Source: Escherichia coli (lineage in GTDB: Bacteria; Pseudomonadota; Gammaproteobacteria; Enterobacterales; Enterobacteriaceae). Taken from it: 64,000 bases of DNA. The position numbers and the translations under genes were made by a program. The notes under the pieces were generated by a model. It had not been told where the DNA came from, did not search any database, and was given only the letters and a program-made list of their open reading frames with translations. Positions 32,089 through 44,380 of the stretch are shown here, piece after piece. The first letter of the stretch is position 1, and the number at the start of each line of letters is the position of its first letter. The stretch lies in assembly GCF_016903815.1 (NCBI RefSeq), contig NZ_CP069973.1; one strand, 5' to 3'.

Positions 32089-33678
32089 ATGACGTTGTCT
32101 CCTTATTTGCAAGAGGTGGCGAAGCGCCGCACTTTTGCCATTATTTCTCACCCGGACGCCGGTAAAACAACCATCACCGAGAAGGTGCTGCTGTTCGGAC
32201 AGGCCATTCAGACCGCCGGTACAGTAAAAGGCCGTGGCTCTAACCAGCACGCTAAGTCGGACTGGATGGAGATGGAAAAGCAGCGTGGGATCTCCATTAC
32301 CACGTCTGTGATGCAGTTTCCGTATCACGACTGCCTGGTTAACCTGCTCGACACCCCGGGGCACGAAGACTTCTCGGAAGATACCTATCGTACCCTGACG
32401 GCGGTGGACTGCTGCCTGATGGTTATCGACGCTGCAAAAGGTGTTGAAGATCGTACCCGTAAGCTGATGGAAGTTACCCGTCTGCGCGACACGCCGATCC
32501 TCACCTTTATGAACAAACTTGACCGTGATATCCGCGACCCGATGGAGCTGCTCGATGAAGTTGAGAACGAGCTGAAAATCGGCTGCGCACCGATCACCTG
32601 GCCGATTGGCTGCGGCAAGCTGTTTAAAGGCGTTTACCACCTTTATAAAGATGAAACCTATCTCTATCAGAGCGGTAAAGGCCACACGATTCAGGAAGTC
32701 CGCATTGTTAAAGGGCTGAATAACCCGGATCTCGATGCTGCGGTTGGTGAAGATCTGGCGCAGCAGCTGCGTGACGAACTGGAACTGGTGAAAGGCGCGT
32801 CTAACGAGTTCGACAAAGAATTATTCCTTGCGGGCGAAATCACTCCGGTATTCTTCGGTACTGCGCTAGGTAACTTCGGCGTCGATCATATGTTGGATGG
32901 CTTGGTGGAGTGGGCACCTGCGCCGATGCCGCGTCAGACCGATACCCGTACTGTAGAAGCGAGCGAAGACAAATTTACCGGCTTCGTATTTAAAATTCAG
33001 GCCAACATGGACCCGAAACACCGCGACCGCGTGGCGTTTATGCGCGTGGTATCCGGTAAATATGAAAAAGGCATGAAGCTGCGCCAGGTGCGCACCGCGA
33101 AAGATGTGGTGATCTCCGACGCGCTGACCTTTATGGCGGGCGACCGTTCGCACGTTGAAGAAGCGTATCCGGGCGATATCCTCGGCCTGCACAACCACGG
33201 CACTATTCAGATCGGTGACACCTTTACCCAGGGTGAGATGATGAAGTTCACCGGTATTCCGAACTTCGCGCCGGAACTGTTCCGTCGTATCCGCCTGAAA
33301 GATCCGCTGAAGCAAAAACAGCTGCTCAAAGGGCTGGTACAGCTTTCCGAAGAGGGTGCGGTGCAGGTGTTCCGTCCGATCTCCAACAACGATCTGATCG
33401 TTGGTGCGGTTGGTGTGCTGCAGTTTGATGTGGTGGTAGCGCGTCTGAAGAGCGAATACAACGTTGAAGCAGTGTATGAGTCAGTCAACGTTGCCACTGC
33501 CCGCTGGGTAGAATGTGCGGACGCGAAGAAATTCGAAGAGTTCAAGCGTAAGAACGAAAGCCAACTGGCGCTTGATGGCGGCGATAACCTCGCTTACATC
33601 GCTACCAGCATGGTCAACCTGCGCCTGGCGCAGGAACGTTATCCGGACGTTCAGTTCCACCAGACCCGCGAGCATTAA
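32089..33678 (+). CDS. prfC: Peptide chain release factor 3 (RF3), about 529 aa
   Basis: ORF track 538 aa; start set to the internal Met ([14 protein letters not shown]); GTPase G1 motif SHPDAGKTT. Confidence 0.9.
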
Positions 33679-34070
33679 TTCTTGCCTCCAGGGCGCGGTA
33701 GCCGCTGCGCCCTGTCAATTTCCCTTCCTTATTAGCCGCTTACGGAATGTTCTTAAAACATTCACTTTTGCTTATGTTTTCGCTGATATCCCGAGCGGTT
33801 TCAAAATTGTGATCTATATTTAACAAAGTAATGACATTTCTGACGGCGTTAAATACCGTTCAATGCGTAGATATCAGTATCTAAAGCCGTCGATTGTCAT
33901 TCTACCGATATTAATAACTGATTCAGAGGCTGTAATGGTCGTTATTCATCACCCATCGCTTTTGTGATGGCGACCATTGACTTCTGTAGAGGGTGAAGTC
34001 TCTCCCTATTCAGCAATGCAACCTCGTGTTGCCAGGCTCAAATTACGAGCAAACATACAGGAATAAATCG

Positions 34071-34676
34071 ATGACTATGACAAGACTGAAGATTTCGAAA
34101 ACTCTGCTGGCTGTAATGTTGACCTCTGCCGTCGCGACCGGCTCTGCCTACGCAGAAAACAACGCGCAGACTACCAATGAAAGCGCAGGGCAAAAAGTCG
34201 ATAGCTCTATGAATAAAGTCGGTAATTTCATGGATGACAGCGCCATCACCGCGAAAGTGAAGGCGGCGCTGGTGGATCATGACAACATTAAGAGCACCGA
34301 TATCTCTGTCAAAACCGATCAAAAAGTCGTGACCCTGAGCGGTTTCGTTGAAAGCCAGGCTCAGGCCGAAGAGGCAGTGAAAGTGGCGAAAGGCGTTGAA
34401 GGGGTGACCTCTGTCAGCGACAAACTGCACGTTCGCGACGCTAAAGAAGGCTCGGTGAAGGGCTACGCGGGTGACACCGCCACCACCAGTGAAATCAAAG
34501 CCAAACTGCTGGCGGACGATATCGTCCCTTCCCGTCATGTGAAAGTTGAAACCACCGACGGCGTGGTTCAGCTCTCCGGTACCGTCGATTCCCAGGCACA
34601 GAGCGACCGTGCTGAAAGTATCGCCAAAGCGGTAGATGGTGTGAAAAGCGTTAAAAATGATCTCAAAACTAAGTAA
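34071..34676 (+). CDS. osmY: Osmotically inducible periplasmic protein OsmY, two BON domains (about 201 aa)
   Basis: ORF track 227 aa; start set to the internal Met ([17 protein letters not shown], signal peptide). Confidence 0.88.
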
Positions 34677-34802
34677 TTCGTCGTAATTCGTCCTCCCGAA
34701 CTTTGTCGGGAGGCGCGATGTGCACCACACTAAAAATATCGCATTGTGTGATTTTCACGCTCATATCAAGCGGTGACATTAACTATGGTAAAGGAGACGC
34801 TT

Positions 34803-34964
34803 ATGTTTCGTTGGGGCATCATATTTCTGGTTATCGCGTTAATCGCCGCCGCACTTGGGTTTGGTGGTCTGGCCGGTACCGCTGCAGGCGCAGCTAAAAT
34901 TGTCTTTGTCGTCGGGATTATTCTGTTCCTGGTGAGTTTGTTCATGGGCCGAAAACGACCCTAG
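34803..34964 (+). CDS. ytjA: YtjA, DUF1328 small membrane protein (53 aa)
   Basis: ORF track 63 aa; core [22 protein letters not shown] is a typical DUF1328 sequence. Confidence 0.65.
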
Positions 34965-34994
34965 ATTTCAGACCATTAAGAAAATTTTATCCAA

Positions 34995-35027
34995 AGCCAG
35001 TCCAGCGGACTGGCTTTTGTGGTTTTA
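34995..35027 (+). terminator. Rho-independent terminator after ytjA
   Basis: agccagtccagcggactggct hairpin followed by ttttgtggtttt. Confidence 0.55.
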
Positions 35028-35085
35028 GCGAATAATAAATTGCGTTACTTTGTCATTCTTTCACAACAAAAACAGGAAGGCAGAG

Positions 35086-36159
35086 GTGGGGCAGCGAATA
35101 CCTGTAACGCTTGGTAATATTGCGCCGTTGTCGCTAAGGCCGTTCCAGCCTGGACGAATAGCTCTGGTGTGCGAAGGCGGCGGACAGCGTGGAATTTTCA
35201 CGGCTGGCGTGCTGGATGAGTTTATGCGCGCGCAGTTTAATCCTTTCGATCTTTATCTCGGCACATCTGCCGGGGCGCAGAACCTCTCGGCGTATATCTG
35301 CAATCAGCCCGGTTACGCGCGCAAAGTCATCATGCGCTATACCACAAAACGCGAATTTTTCGATCCATTGCGCTTTGTCCGTGGAGGAAATCTTATCGAT
35401 CTCGACTGGCTGGTGGAGGCCACTGCAAGCCAGATGCCGTTGCAAATGGATACCGCCGCGCGGTTGTTTGACAGCGGCAAATCGTTTTATATGTGCGCCT
35501 GTCGTCAGGATGACTATGCGCCGAATTACTTTTTACCAACCAAACAAAACTGGCTGGATGTGATTCGCGCCTCCAGTGCGATACCTGGCTTTTATCGTAG
35601 CGGAGTGTCGCTGGAAGGCATTAACTACCTGGATGGCGGGATCAGTGATGCGATTCCGGTTAAAGAGGCGGCAAGGCAGGGAGCAAAAACCTTGGTCGTC
35701 ATCCGCACCGTGCCGTCGCAAATGTACTACACGCCGCAGTGGTTCAAACGCATGGAACGCTGGCTGGGTGACAGTAGCCTGCAGCCGCTGGTCAATCTGG
35801 TGCAGCATCATGAAACCAGCTATCGTGACATTCAGCAATTTATTGAGAAACCACCGGGCAAACTGCGGATATTCGAAATTTATCCGCCGAAGCCATTGCA
35901 TAGTATCGCGCTTGGCAGTCGGATTCCGGCGCTGCGTGAAGACTATAAACTTGGGCGTTTATGCGGTCGTTATTTCCTGGCAACGGTTGGCAAGCTATTA
36001 ACTGAAAAAGCGCCGCTAACCCGCCATCTGGTGCCAGTGGTGACGCCGGAATCGATTGTCATTCCGCCTGCGCCAGTCGCCAACGATACGCTGGTTGCCG
36101 AAGTGAGCGACGCTCCGCAGGCGAACGACCCGACATTTAACAATGAGGATCTGGCTTGA
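35086..36159 (+). CDS. yjjU: Patatin-like phospholipase YjjU (about 357 aa, GTG start)
   Basis: ORF track 369 aa; GTG at 35086 is preceded by aggaagg and gives the recalled length; patatin motifs GGGQRG and GTSAG. Confidence 0.78.
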   Translation: MGQRIPVTLGNIAPLSLRPFQPGRIALVCEGGGQRGIFTAGVLDEFMRAQFNPFDLYLGTSAGAQNLSAYICNQPGYARKVIMRYTTKREFFDPLRFVRGGNLIDLDWLVEATASQMPLQMDTAARLFDSGKSFYMCACRQDDYAPNYFLPTKQNWLDVIRASSAIPGFYRSGVSLEGINYLDGGISDAIPVKEAARQGAKTLVVIRTVPSQMYYTPQWFKRMERWLGDSSLQPLVNLVQHHETSYRDIQQFIEKPPGKLRIFEIYPPKPLHSIALGSRIPALREDYKLGRLCGRYFLATVGKLLTEKAPLTRHLVPVVTPESIVIPPAPVANDTLVAEVSDAPQANDPTFNNEDLA

Positions 36160-36935
36160 TTTGCCGTTTTATCGATACCCACTGCCATTTTGATTTCCCG
36201 CCGTTTAGCGGCGATGAAGAGGCCAGCCTGCAACGCGCAGCACAAGCGGGCGTAGGCAAGATCATTGTTCCGGCGACAGAGGCGGAAAATTTTGCCCGCG
36301 TGCAGGCGTTAGCGGAAAAATATCAACCGCTGTATGGCGCGTTAGGGTTGCATCCGGGGATGTTAGAAAAACATAGCGATGCATCGCTGGAGCAGTTACA
36401 GCAGGCGCTGGAAAGGCATCCGGCGAAGGTGGTGGCGGTGGGGGAGATCGGCCTGGATCTCTTTGGCGACGATCCGCAATTTGAGAGGCAGCAGTGGTTA
36501 CTCGACGAACAACTGAAACTGGCGAAACGCTACGATCTGCCGGTGATCCTGCATTCACGGCGCACGCACGACAAACTGGCGATGCATCTTAAACGCCACG
36601 ATTTGCCGCGTACTGGCGTGGTTCACGGTTTTTCCGGCAGCCTGCAACAGGCTGAACGGTTTGTACAGCTGGGCTACAAAATTGGCGTAGGCGGCACTAT
36701 CACCTATCCACGCGCCAGTAAAACCCGCGATGTCATCGCAAAATTACCGCTGGCATCGTTGTTGCTGGAAACCGACGCGCCGGATATGCCGCTCAACGGT
36801 TTTCAGGGGCAGCCTAACCGCCCGGAACAGGCCGCGCGGGTGTTTGCTGTGCTTTGTGAGTTACGCTTGGAACCCGCAGATGAAATTGCCGAAGTGTTGC
36901 TTAATAACACGTATACGTTGTTTAACGTGCTGTAG
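36156..36935 (+). CDS. yjjV: TatD-family metal-dependent hydrolase/DNase YjjV (259 aa)
   Basis: ORF track 259 aa with N-terminal DTHCH metal-binding motif; 4-bp overlap with yjjU. Confidence 0.82.
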   Translation: MICRFIDTHCHFDFPPFSGDEEASLQRAAQAGVGKIIVPATEAENFARVQALAEKYQPLYGALGLHPGMLEKHSDASLEQLQQALERHPAKVVAVGEIGLDLFGDDPQFERQQWLLDEQLKLAKRYDLPVILHSRRTHDKLAMHLKRHDLPRTGVVHGFSGSLQQAERFVQLGYKIGVGGTITYPRASKTRDVIAKLPLASLLLETDAPDMPLNGFQGQPNRPEQAARVFAVLCELRLEPADEIAEVLLNNTYTLFNVL

Positions 36936-37050
36936 GCCGGATAAGGCGTTCACGCCGCATCCGGCAGTTGGCGCACAATGCCTGATGCGACGCTTGACGC
37001 GTCTTATCATGCCTACAAGTCTGTGCCGAACTGTAGGCCACATCCGGCAT
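36936..37050. repeat. REP palindromic units between yjjV and yjjW
   Basis: ggccggataaggcgttcacgccgcatccggca, gcctgatgcgacgcttgacgcgtcttatcatgcctac, gtaggccacatccggca. Confidence 0.6.
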
Positions 37051-37051
37051 G

Positions 37052-37915
37052 TCACAAATACAGCGCCGGAAATATCAACCGGCTCACCCCGCGCACCTTT
37101 AACGCATCAGCCAACGGCTCAACGTCTTCCGGCGTGGCGCTCGCCCAGCTTTGGGCCTCGCCATACACGCCGTGGGCATGAAACGCGTTCAGGCGTACCG
37201 GAACATCGCCAAGTCCCTTGATAAACGCCGCCAGTTCTTCGATGTGTTGCAAATAATCCACCTGGCCAGGGATTACCAGCAAACGCAGTTCCGCCAGCTT
37301 GCCGCGCTCTGCCAGCAAATAGATGCTGCGCTTAATCTGCTGATTATCGCGTCCGGTTAACTGTTGATGACATTCGCTACCCCACGCTTTGAGATCGAGC
37401 ATCGCGCCGTCGCACACCGGGAGCAATTTTTCCCAGCCGGTTTCGCTCAACATACCGTTACTGTCCACCAGACAGGTGAGATGGCACAGTTGCGGATCAT
37501 TTTTGATAGCAGTAAACAGCGCCACCACAAACGGTAGCTGGGTCGTGGCTTCGCCGCCGCTTACCGTTATCCCTTCGATAAACAGCACTGCTTTGCGGAT
37601 ATGGCTAAGCACCTCATCCACGCTCATGGACTGCGCCATTGGCGTGGCATGTTGCGGACACATCTTCAGGCAGGTATCACATTGCTCGCAGACCACAGCG
37701 TTCCACACCACTTTGCCGTCAACAATCTGCAACGCCTGATGCGGACACTGTGGCACGCACTCCCCGCAATCATTGCAACGTCCCATCGTCCACGGATTGT
37801 GACAGTTTTTGCAGCGCAGATTGCAGCCCTGCAAAAACAGAGCCAGACGACTGCCTGGCCCGTCAACGCAGGAGAAGGGGATAATCTTACTGACTAAAGC
37901 GCATCTGCTGTTCAT
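37052..37915 (-). CDS. yjjW: Glycyl-radical enzyme activating protein YjjW (radical SAM), 287 aa
   Basis: ORF track 287 aa with CxxxCxxC radical-SAM cluster ([11 protein letters not shown]) and additional ferredoxin-like cysteine motifs. Confidence 0.82.
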   Translation of the reverse strand: MNSRCALVSKIIPFSCVDGPGSRLALFLQGCNLRCKNCHNPWTMGRCNDCGECVPQCPHQALQIVDGKVVWNAVVCEQCDTCLKMCPQHATPMAQSMSVDEVLSHIRKAVLFIEGITVSGGEATTQLPFVVALFTAIKNDPQLCHLTCLVDSNGMLSETGWEKLLPVCDGAMLDLKAWGSECHQQLTGRDNQQIKRSIYLLAERGKLAELRLLVIPGQVDYLQHIEELAAFIKGLGDVPVRLNAFHAHGVYGEAQSWASATPEDVEPLADALKVRGVSRLIFPALYL

Positions 37916-39437
37916 GGCTTATCACGCGCGGCTGGCGTTCCAGAATACGAGTGTTACGTGCGGCTTCTTCTCCCAGCCAGGTGGTGTTGGTACGTGAGCC
38001 TTCGGCACGATATTTTTCCAGATCCGACAAACGCACCATATAACCAGTAACGCGAACCAGGTCGTTACCGCTGATATTGGCGGTAAATTCACGCATTCCG
38101 GCTTTAAAGGCACCGAGGCAAAGCTGTACCAGCGCCTGCGGATTACGTTTGATGGTTTCGTCGAGCGTCAGAATGTCGCTGATGCCGGAATAATAATAAG
38201 CATGATGCGGGGCGACGGTTTGCAGATGGGTGATCGGATCTGGCTCATCACCATACGGCAAACGTGCGCCCGGCGTGGTGCCGATATCGGAACTTATCCC
38301 CGACTGTGCGTGTAACATGGCGCGTTTTTGCCAGCCATATTTCACGGGGGTATTGGCGACAAACTCCGCCAGTTGCGCGCTGATGCGATAACCCACTTCA
38401 TTTGCGGCGGCCTCTTTACCGTAGCGCGCGGCAATCCCCTCTTTTTCACACAGCAAGTTAACCGCTTCCGCCAGCCCATACATGCCAAACATTGGCACAA
38501 AACGTTCAGGGTTAATCAGCCCTTCTTTCACCAGGAAGCTATTCTCAAAGAAGTGTGATTGTTGATAGAGGAATTCACACCGCGCATCGATGATGGCGAT
38601 CTGCTGCTGGCAGTAGTGCGGTAGAGTGCGCGTAAAGAAGTCTTCCAGCGATTCGCTGCGCTCGGCAATGGCTTTCAGGTTAAGGCGTACCAGCGTGCTG
38701 CCACCACCCGCCAGCGGCAGTGAGTTGTAACAGCTCACAATCCCGTAGCCCCCTTTTGTGAAAATTTTATCATGCACCGGACCGTTGGCGATGTGCGGTT
38801 TGCTACATTCACAGATGTTCTTCGCCACTTCCAGCAGTAGGTCATCAGGGGTGATTTCAGGATCGTAGATAAAGGTCAGGTTCGGTGAAACCTGCTTCAA
38901 CTCTGCGTCTGCACGTAAGATCGCGCGGGTAATGGGCGAATCAGACGGGCCGATATTGGCGTGCATAAAGGCGTCTGGCAGGGTTCTGTCGAGGTAACGC
39001 CAGAAACGTTTTATTCGAATATCGATCTCGTCTTGTGTTAGAATTCTAACATACGGTTGCAACAACGCATCCAGTTGCCCCAGGTAGACCGGCATCGATG
39101 TGACCGACGGTACGTGGTGGTAAAGAATGGTCAGCAGAGAGAGTGCGTCATCAAGATCTTTCGCGCCTTCCAGCTCCAGCCATTCGGAACCGTTCGCCAG
39201 AAAACGGGCGTAATCGGGTAAGACATAGCGCGGTTTGTACGGCGCATGACCTTCAAACATATCGCAGATTACACCCTCATCCAGCGCGTGGCGGGCTTCG
39301 GCAGGAAGCTGCGGATAAGGCAGATTGTTTTCTGCTTCCAGCGCCAGAAAATGGCGCTTCTGCTCCGGGCTAAGCACCGGGCTGGTGACAATTTGCTGGC
39401 AACGTTGTTGCAGTGCATTTTCATGAGAAGTGGGCAT
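37887..39437 (-). CDS. yjjI: YjjI, glycine-radical-enzyme-like protein (DUF3029), 516 aa
   Basis: ORF track 516 aa; overlaps yjjW; paired with an activase. Confidence 0.8.
   Translation of the reverse strand: MPTSHENALQQRCQQIVTSPVLSPEQKRHFLALEAENNLPYPQLPAEARHALDEGVICDMFEGHAPYKPRYVLPDYARFLANGSEWLELEGAKDLDDALSLLTILYHHVPSVTSMPVYLGQLDALLQPYVRILTQDEIDIRIKRFWRYLDRTLPDAFMHANIGPSDSPITRAILRADAELKQVSPNLTFIYDPEITPDDLLLEVAKNICECSKPHIANGPVHDKIFTKGGYGIVSCYNSLPLAGGGSTLVRLNLKAIAERSESLEDFFTRTLPHYCQQQIAIIDARCEFLYQQSHFFENSFLVKEGLINPERFVPMFGMYGLAEAVNLLCEKEGIAARYGKEAAANEVGYRISAQLAEFVANTPVKYGWQKRAMLHAQSGISSDIGTTPGARLPYGDEPDPITHLQTVAPHHAYYYSGISDILTLDETIKRNPQALVQLCLGAFKAGMREFTANISGNDLVRVTGYMVRLSDLEKYRAEGSRTNTTWLGEEAARNTRILERQPRVISHEQQMRFSQ
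39036..39051. promoter_or_regulatory. DeoR operator O1 (deoP1), inside the yjjI coding region
   Basis: Palindrome TGTTAGAATTCTAACA; lies 599 bp upstream of the second operator, the known deo O1-O2 spacing. Confidence 0.7.
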
Positions 39438-39634
39438 CTTCTTTTCCTTTTATGCCGAAGGTGATGCGCCATTGTAAGAAGTTTCGTGAAGTTCACTTTG
39501 ATCCTGATGCGTTTGCCACCACTGACGCATTCATTTGAAAGTGAATTATTTGAACCAGATCGCATTACAGTGATGCAAACTTGTAAGTAGATTTCCTTAA
39601 TTGTGATGTATATCGAAGTGTGTTGCGGAGTAGA

Positions 39635-39650
39635 TGTTAGAATACTAACA
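39635..39650. promoter_or_regulatory. DeoR operator O2 (deoP2), with CRP/CytR-type TGTGA motifs just upstream
   Basis: TGTTAGAATACTAACA about 45 bp upstream of the deoC start; ttgtgatgtatatcgaagtgtgttgcgg precedes it. Confidence 0.7.
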
Positions 39651-39694
39651 AACTCGCAAGGTGAATTTTATTGGCGACAAGCCAGGAGAATGAA

Positions 39695-40474
39695 ATGACT
39701 GATCTGAAAGCAAGCAGCCTGCGTGCACTGAAATTGATGGACCTGACCACCCTGAATGACGACGACACCGACGAGAAAGTGATCGCCCTGTGTCATCAGG
39801 CCAAAACTCCGGTCGGCAATACCGCCGCTATCTGTATCTATCCTCGCTTTATCCCAATTGCTCGCAAAACGCTGAAAGAGCAGGGTACCCCGGAAATCCG
39901 TATCGCTACGGTAACCAACTTCCCACACGGTAACGACGACATCGAAATCGCGCTGGCAGAAACCCGTGCGGCAATCGCCTACGGTGCTGATGAAGTTGAC
40001 GTTGTGTTCCCGTACCGCGCGCTGATGGCGGGTAACGAGCAGGTTGGTTTTGACCTGGTGAAAGCCTGTAAAGAGGCTTGCGCGGCAGCGAATGTACTGC
40101 TGAAAGTGATCATCGAAACCGGCGAACTAAAAGACGAAGCGCTGATCCGCAAAGCGTCTGAAATCTCTATCAAAGCGGGTGCTGACTTCATCAAAACCTC
40201 TACCGGTAAAGTGGCAGTGAACGCGACGCCGGAAAGCGCGCGCATCATGATGGAAGTGATCCGTGATATGGGCGTAGAAAAAACCGTTGGTTTCAAACCG
40301 GCGGGCGGCGTGCGTACTGCGGAAGATGCGCAGAAATATCTCGCCATCGCCGATGAACTGTTCGGCGCTGACTGGGCCGATGCGCGTCACTACCGCTTTG
40401 GCGCTTCCAGCCTGCTGGCAAGCCTGCTGAAGGCTCTGGGCCACGGCGACGGTAAGAGCGCCAGCAGCTACTAA
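39695..40474 (+). CDS. deoC: Deoxyribose-phosphate aldolase DeoC (about 259 aa)
   Basis: ORF track 267 aa; start set to the internal Met ([29 protein letters not shown]). Confidence 0.9.
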
Positions 40475-40551
40475 GGCTTGATTTGCCGGATGACGCAGCG
40501 ATGCTCATCCGGTTCCCCGATTACCTCGTCTCTTTTCCACGGGAGGTTACC

Positions 40552-41874
40552 TTGTTTCTCGCACAAGAAATTATTCGTAAAAAACGTGATGGTCATGCGC
40601 TGAGCGATGAAGAAATTCGTTTCTTTATCAACGGTATTCGCGACAACACTATCTCCGAAGGGCAGATTGCCGCCCTCGCGATGACCATTTTCTTCCACGA
40701 TATGACAATGCCTGAGCGTGTCTCGCTGACCATGGCGATGCGAGATTCAGGAACCGTTCTCGACTGGAAAAGCCTGCATCTGAATGGCCCGATTGTTGAT
40801 AAACACTCGACCGGCGGCGTCGGCGATGTGACTTCGCTGATGTTGGGGCCGATGGTCGCAGCCTGCGGCGGCTATATTCCGATGATCTCCGGTCGCGGCC
40901 TCGGTCATACTGGCGGTACGCTCGACAAACTGGAATCCATCCCTGGCTTCGACATTTTCCCGGATGACAACCGTTTCCGCGAAATTATTAAAGACGTCGG
41001 CGTGGCGATTATCGGTCAGACCAGCTCACTGGCTCCGGCGGATAAACGTTTCTACGCGACCCGTGATATTACCGCAACCGTGGACTCCATCCCGCTGATC
41101 ACTGCCTCGATCCTGGCGAAGAAACTGGCGGAAGGTCTGGATGCGCTGGTGATGGACGTGAAAGTGGGTAGCGGTGCATTTATGCCGACCTACGAACTTT
41201 CTGAAGCCCTTGCCGAAGCGATTGTTGGCGTAGCTAACGGCGCGGGCGTGCGTACCACCGCGCTGCTCACCGATATGAATCAGGTACTGGCCTCCAGTGC
41301 AGGTAACGCGGTTGAAGTTCGTGAAGCGGTGCAGTTCCTGACGGGTGAGTATCGTAACCCGCGTCTGTTTGATGTCACGATGGCGCTGTGCGTAGAGATG
41401 CTTATCTCCGGCAAACTGGCGAAAGATGACGCCGAAGCGCGCGCGAAATTGCAGGCGGTGCTGGACAACGGTAAAGCGGCAGAAGTCTTTGGTCGTATGG
41501 TAGCGGCACAAAAAGGCCCAACCGACTTCGTTGAGAACTACGCGAAGTATCTGCCGACAGCGATGCTGACGAAAGCAGTCTATGCTGATACCGAAGGTTT
41601 TGTCAGTGAAATGGATACCCGTGCGCTGGGGATGGCAGTGGTTGCAATGGGCGGCGGACGCCGTCAGGCATCTGACACCATCGATTACAGCGTCGGCTTT
41701 ACTGATATGGCGCGTTTGGGCGACCAGGTAGACGGTCAGCGTCCACTGGCGGTTATCCACGCGAAAGACGAAAACAGCTGGCAGGAAGCGGCGAAAGCGG
41801 TGAAAGCGGCAATTAAACTTGCCGATAAAGCACCGGAAAGCACACCAACTGTCTATCGTCGTATCAGTGAATAA
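40552..41874 (+). CDS. deoA: Thymidine phosphorylase DeoA (about 440 aa, TTG start)
   Basis: ORF track open from 40483; the recalled DeoA N-terminus (M)[20 protein letters not shown] begins at TTG 40552, preceded by gggagg. Confidence 0.85.
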
Positions 41875-41904
41875 CGGTATACTGATCTGATCATTTAAAT
41901 TTGA

Positions 41905-43149
<1,245 letters not shown>

Positions 43150-43205
43150 TGGATTTGGGCGGAGCGTTGACTCCGCCTTTGTTATGTCACAAAAAGGATA
43201 AAACA

Positions 43206-43925
43206 ATGGCTACCCCACACATTAATGCAGAAATGGGCGATTTCGCTGACGTAGTTTTGATGCCAGGCGACCCGCTGCGTGCGAAGTATATTGCTGAAAC
43301 TTTCCTTGAAGATGCCCGTGAAGTGAATAACGTTCGCGGTATGCTGGGCTTCACCGGTACTTACAAAGGCCGCAAAATTTCCGTAATGGGTCACGGTATG
43401 GGTATCCCGTCCTGCTCCATCTACACCAAAGAACTGATCACCGATTTCGGCGTGAAGAAAATTATCCGCGTAGGCTCCTGTGGCGCTGTTCTGCCACACG
43501 TAAAACTGCGCGACGTCGTTATCGGTATGGGTGCCTGCACCGATTCCAAAGTTAACCGCATCCGTTTTAAAGACCATGACTTTGCCGCTATCGCTGACTT
43601 TGACATGGTGCGTAACGCAGTAGATGCAGCTAAAGCACTGGGCATTGATGCTCGCGTTGGTAACCTGTTCTCCGCTGACCTGTTCTACTCTCCGGACGGC
43701 GAAATGTTCGACGTGATGGAAAAATACGGCATCCTCGGCGTGGAAATGGAAGCGGCTGGTATCTACGGCGTCGCTGCAGAATTTGGCGCGAAAGCCCTGA
43801 CCATCTGCACCGTGTCTGACCACATCCGTACTCACGAGCAGACCACTGCCGCTGAGCGTCAGACCACCTTCAACGACATGATCAAAATCGCACTGGAATC
43901 CGTTCTGCTGGGCGATAAAGAGTAA
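43206..43925 (+). CDS. deoD: Purine nucleoside phosphorylase DeoD (about 239 aa)
   Basis: ORF track 258 aa; start set to the internal Met ([31 protein letters not shown]). Confidence 0.9.
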
Positions 43926-43957
43926 TTGTGTTTTGCTGAAAGGCGATTGCCTTGTGA

Positions 43958-43987
43958 AGCCGGAGCGGGAGACTGCTCCGGCTTTTT
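43958..43987 (+). terminator. Rho-independent terminator of the deo operon
   Basis: agccggagcgggagactgctccggct hairpin followed by ttttt. Confidence 0.7.
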
Positions 43988-44085
43988 AGTATCTATTCAT
44001 CAATAGCAACTGATTTATAGATTTACTATTATTTTTCATATGGATAGAAAATAAAATCCATTCAAGTATCTATTCACGAATCTAT

Positions 44086-44349
44086 TCATTTATGTTCAGC
44101 CGTCATCCAGGAAGGGCATATCAGCAACTCTGGTGGACAACCATAAATTTCTGCCATTTTGCTTTTGATGTTTGAGCTAAGCCGTTCCGTCTTTTCGATC
44201 TGTTTTAGAGAATTAATCGAGATACCTAACATTTTACTTACTTCAGCAAGCGATAATTTATGCCTGATACGCACGGCGGCTAGCCAGGAAATACGCTGGC
44301 TGAACATTAAATTGATAATCTCCCGTTCCTGGTTTTCCAGATCGATCAT
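44086..44349 (-). CDS. Small Xre-type helix-turn-helix protein (87 aa) at the position K-12 uses for yjjJ
   Basis: ORF track 87 aa with HTH segment LSLAEVSKMLGISINSLKQIE; ATG preceded by agggaagga; 31 bp downstream of lplA on the same strand; no kinase domain follows. Confidence 0.55.
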   Translation of the reverse strand: MIDLENQEREIINLMFSQRISWLAAVRIRHKLSLAEVSKMLGISINSLKQIEKTERLSSNIKSKMAEIYGCPPELLICPSWMTAEHK

Positions 44350-44380
44350 ATTTCCTTCCCTGGATATTTTAATCAGCGAG

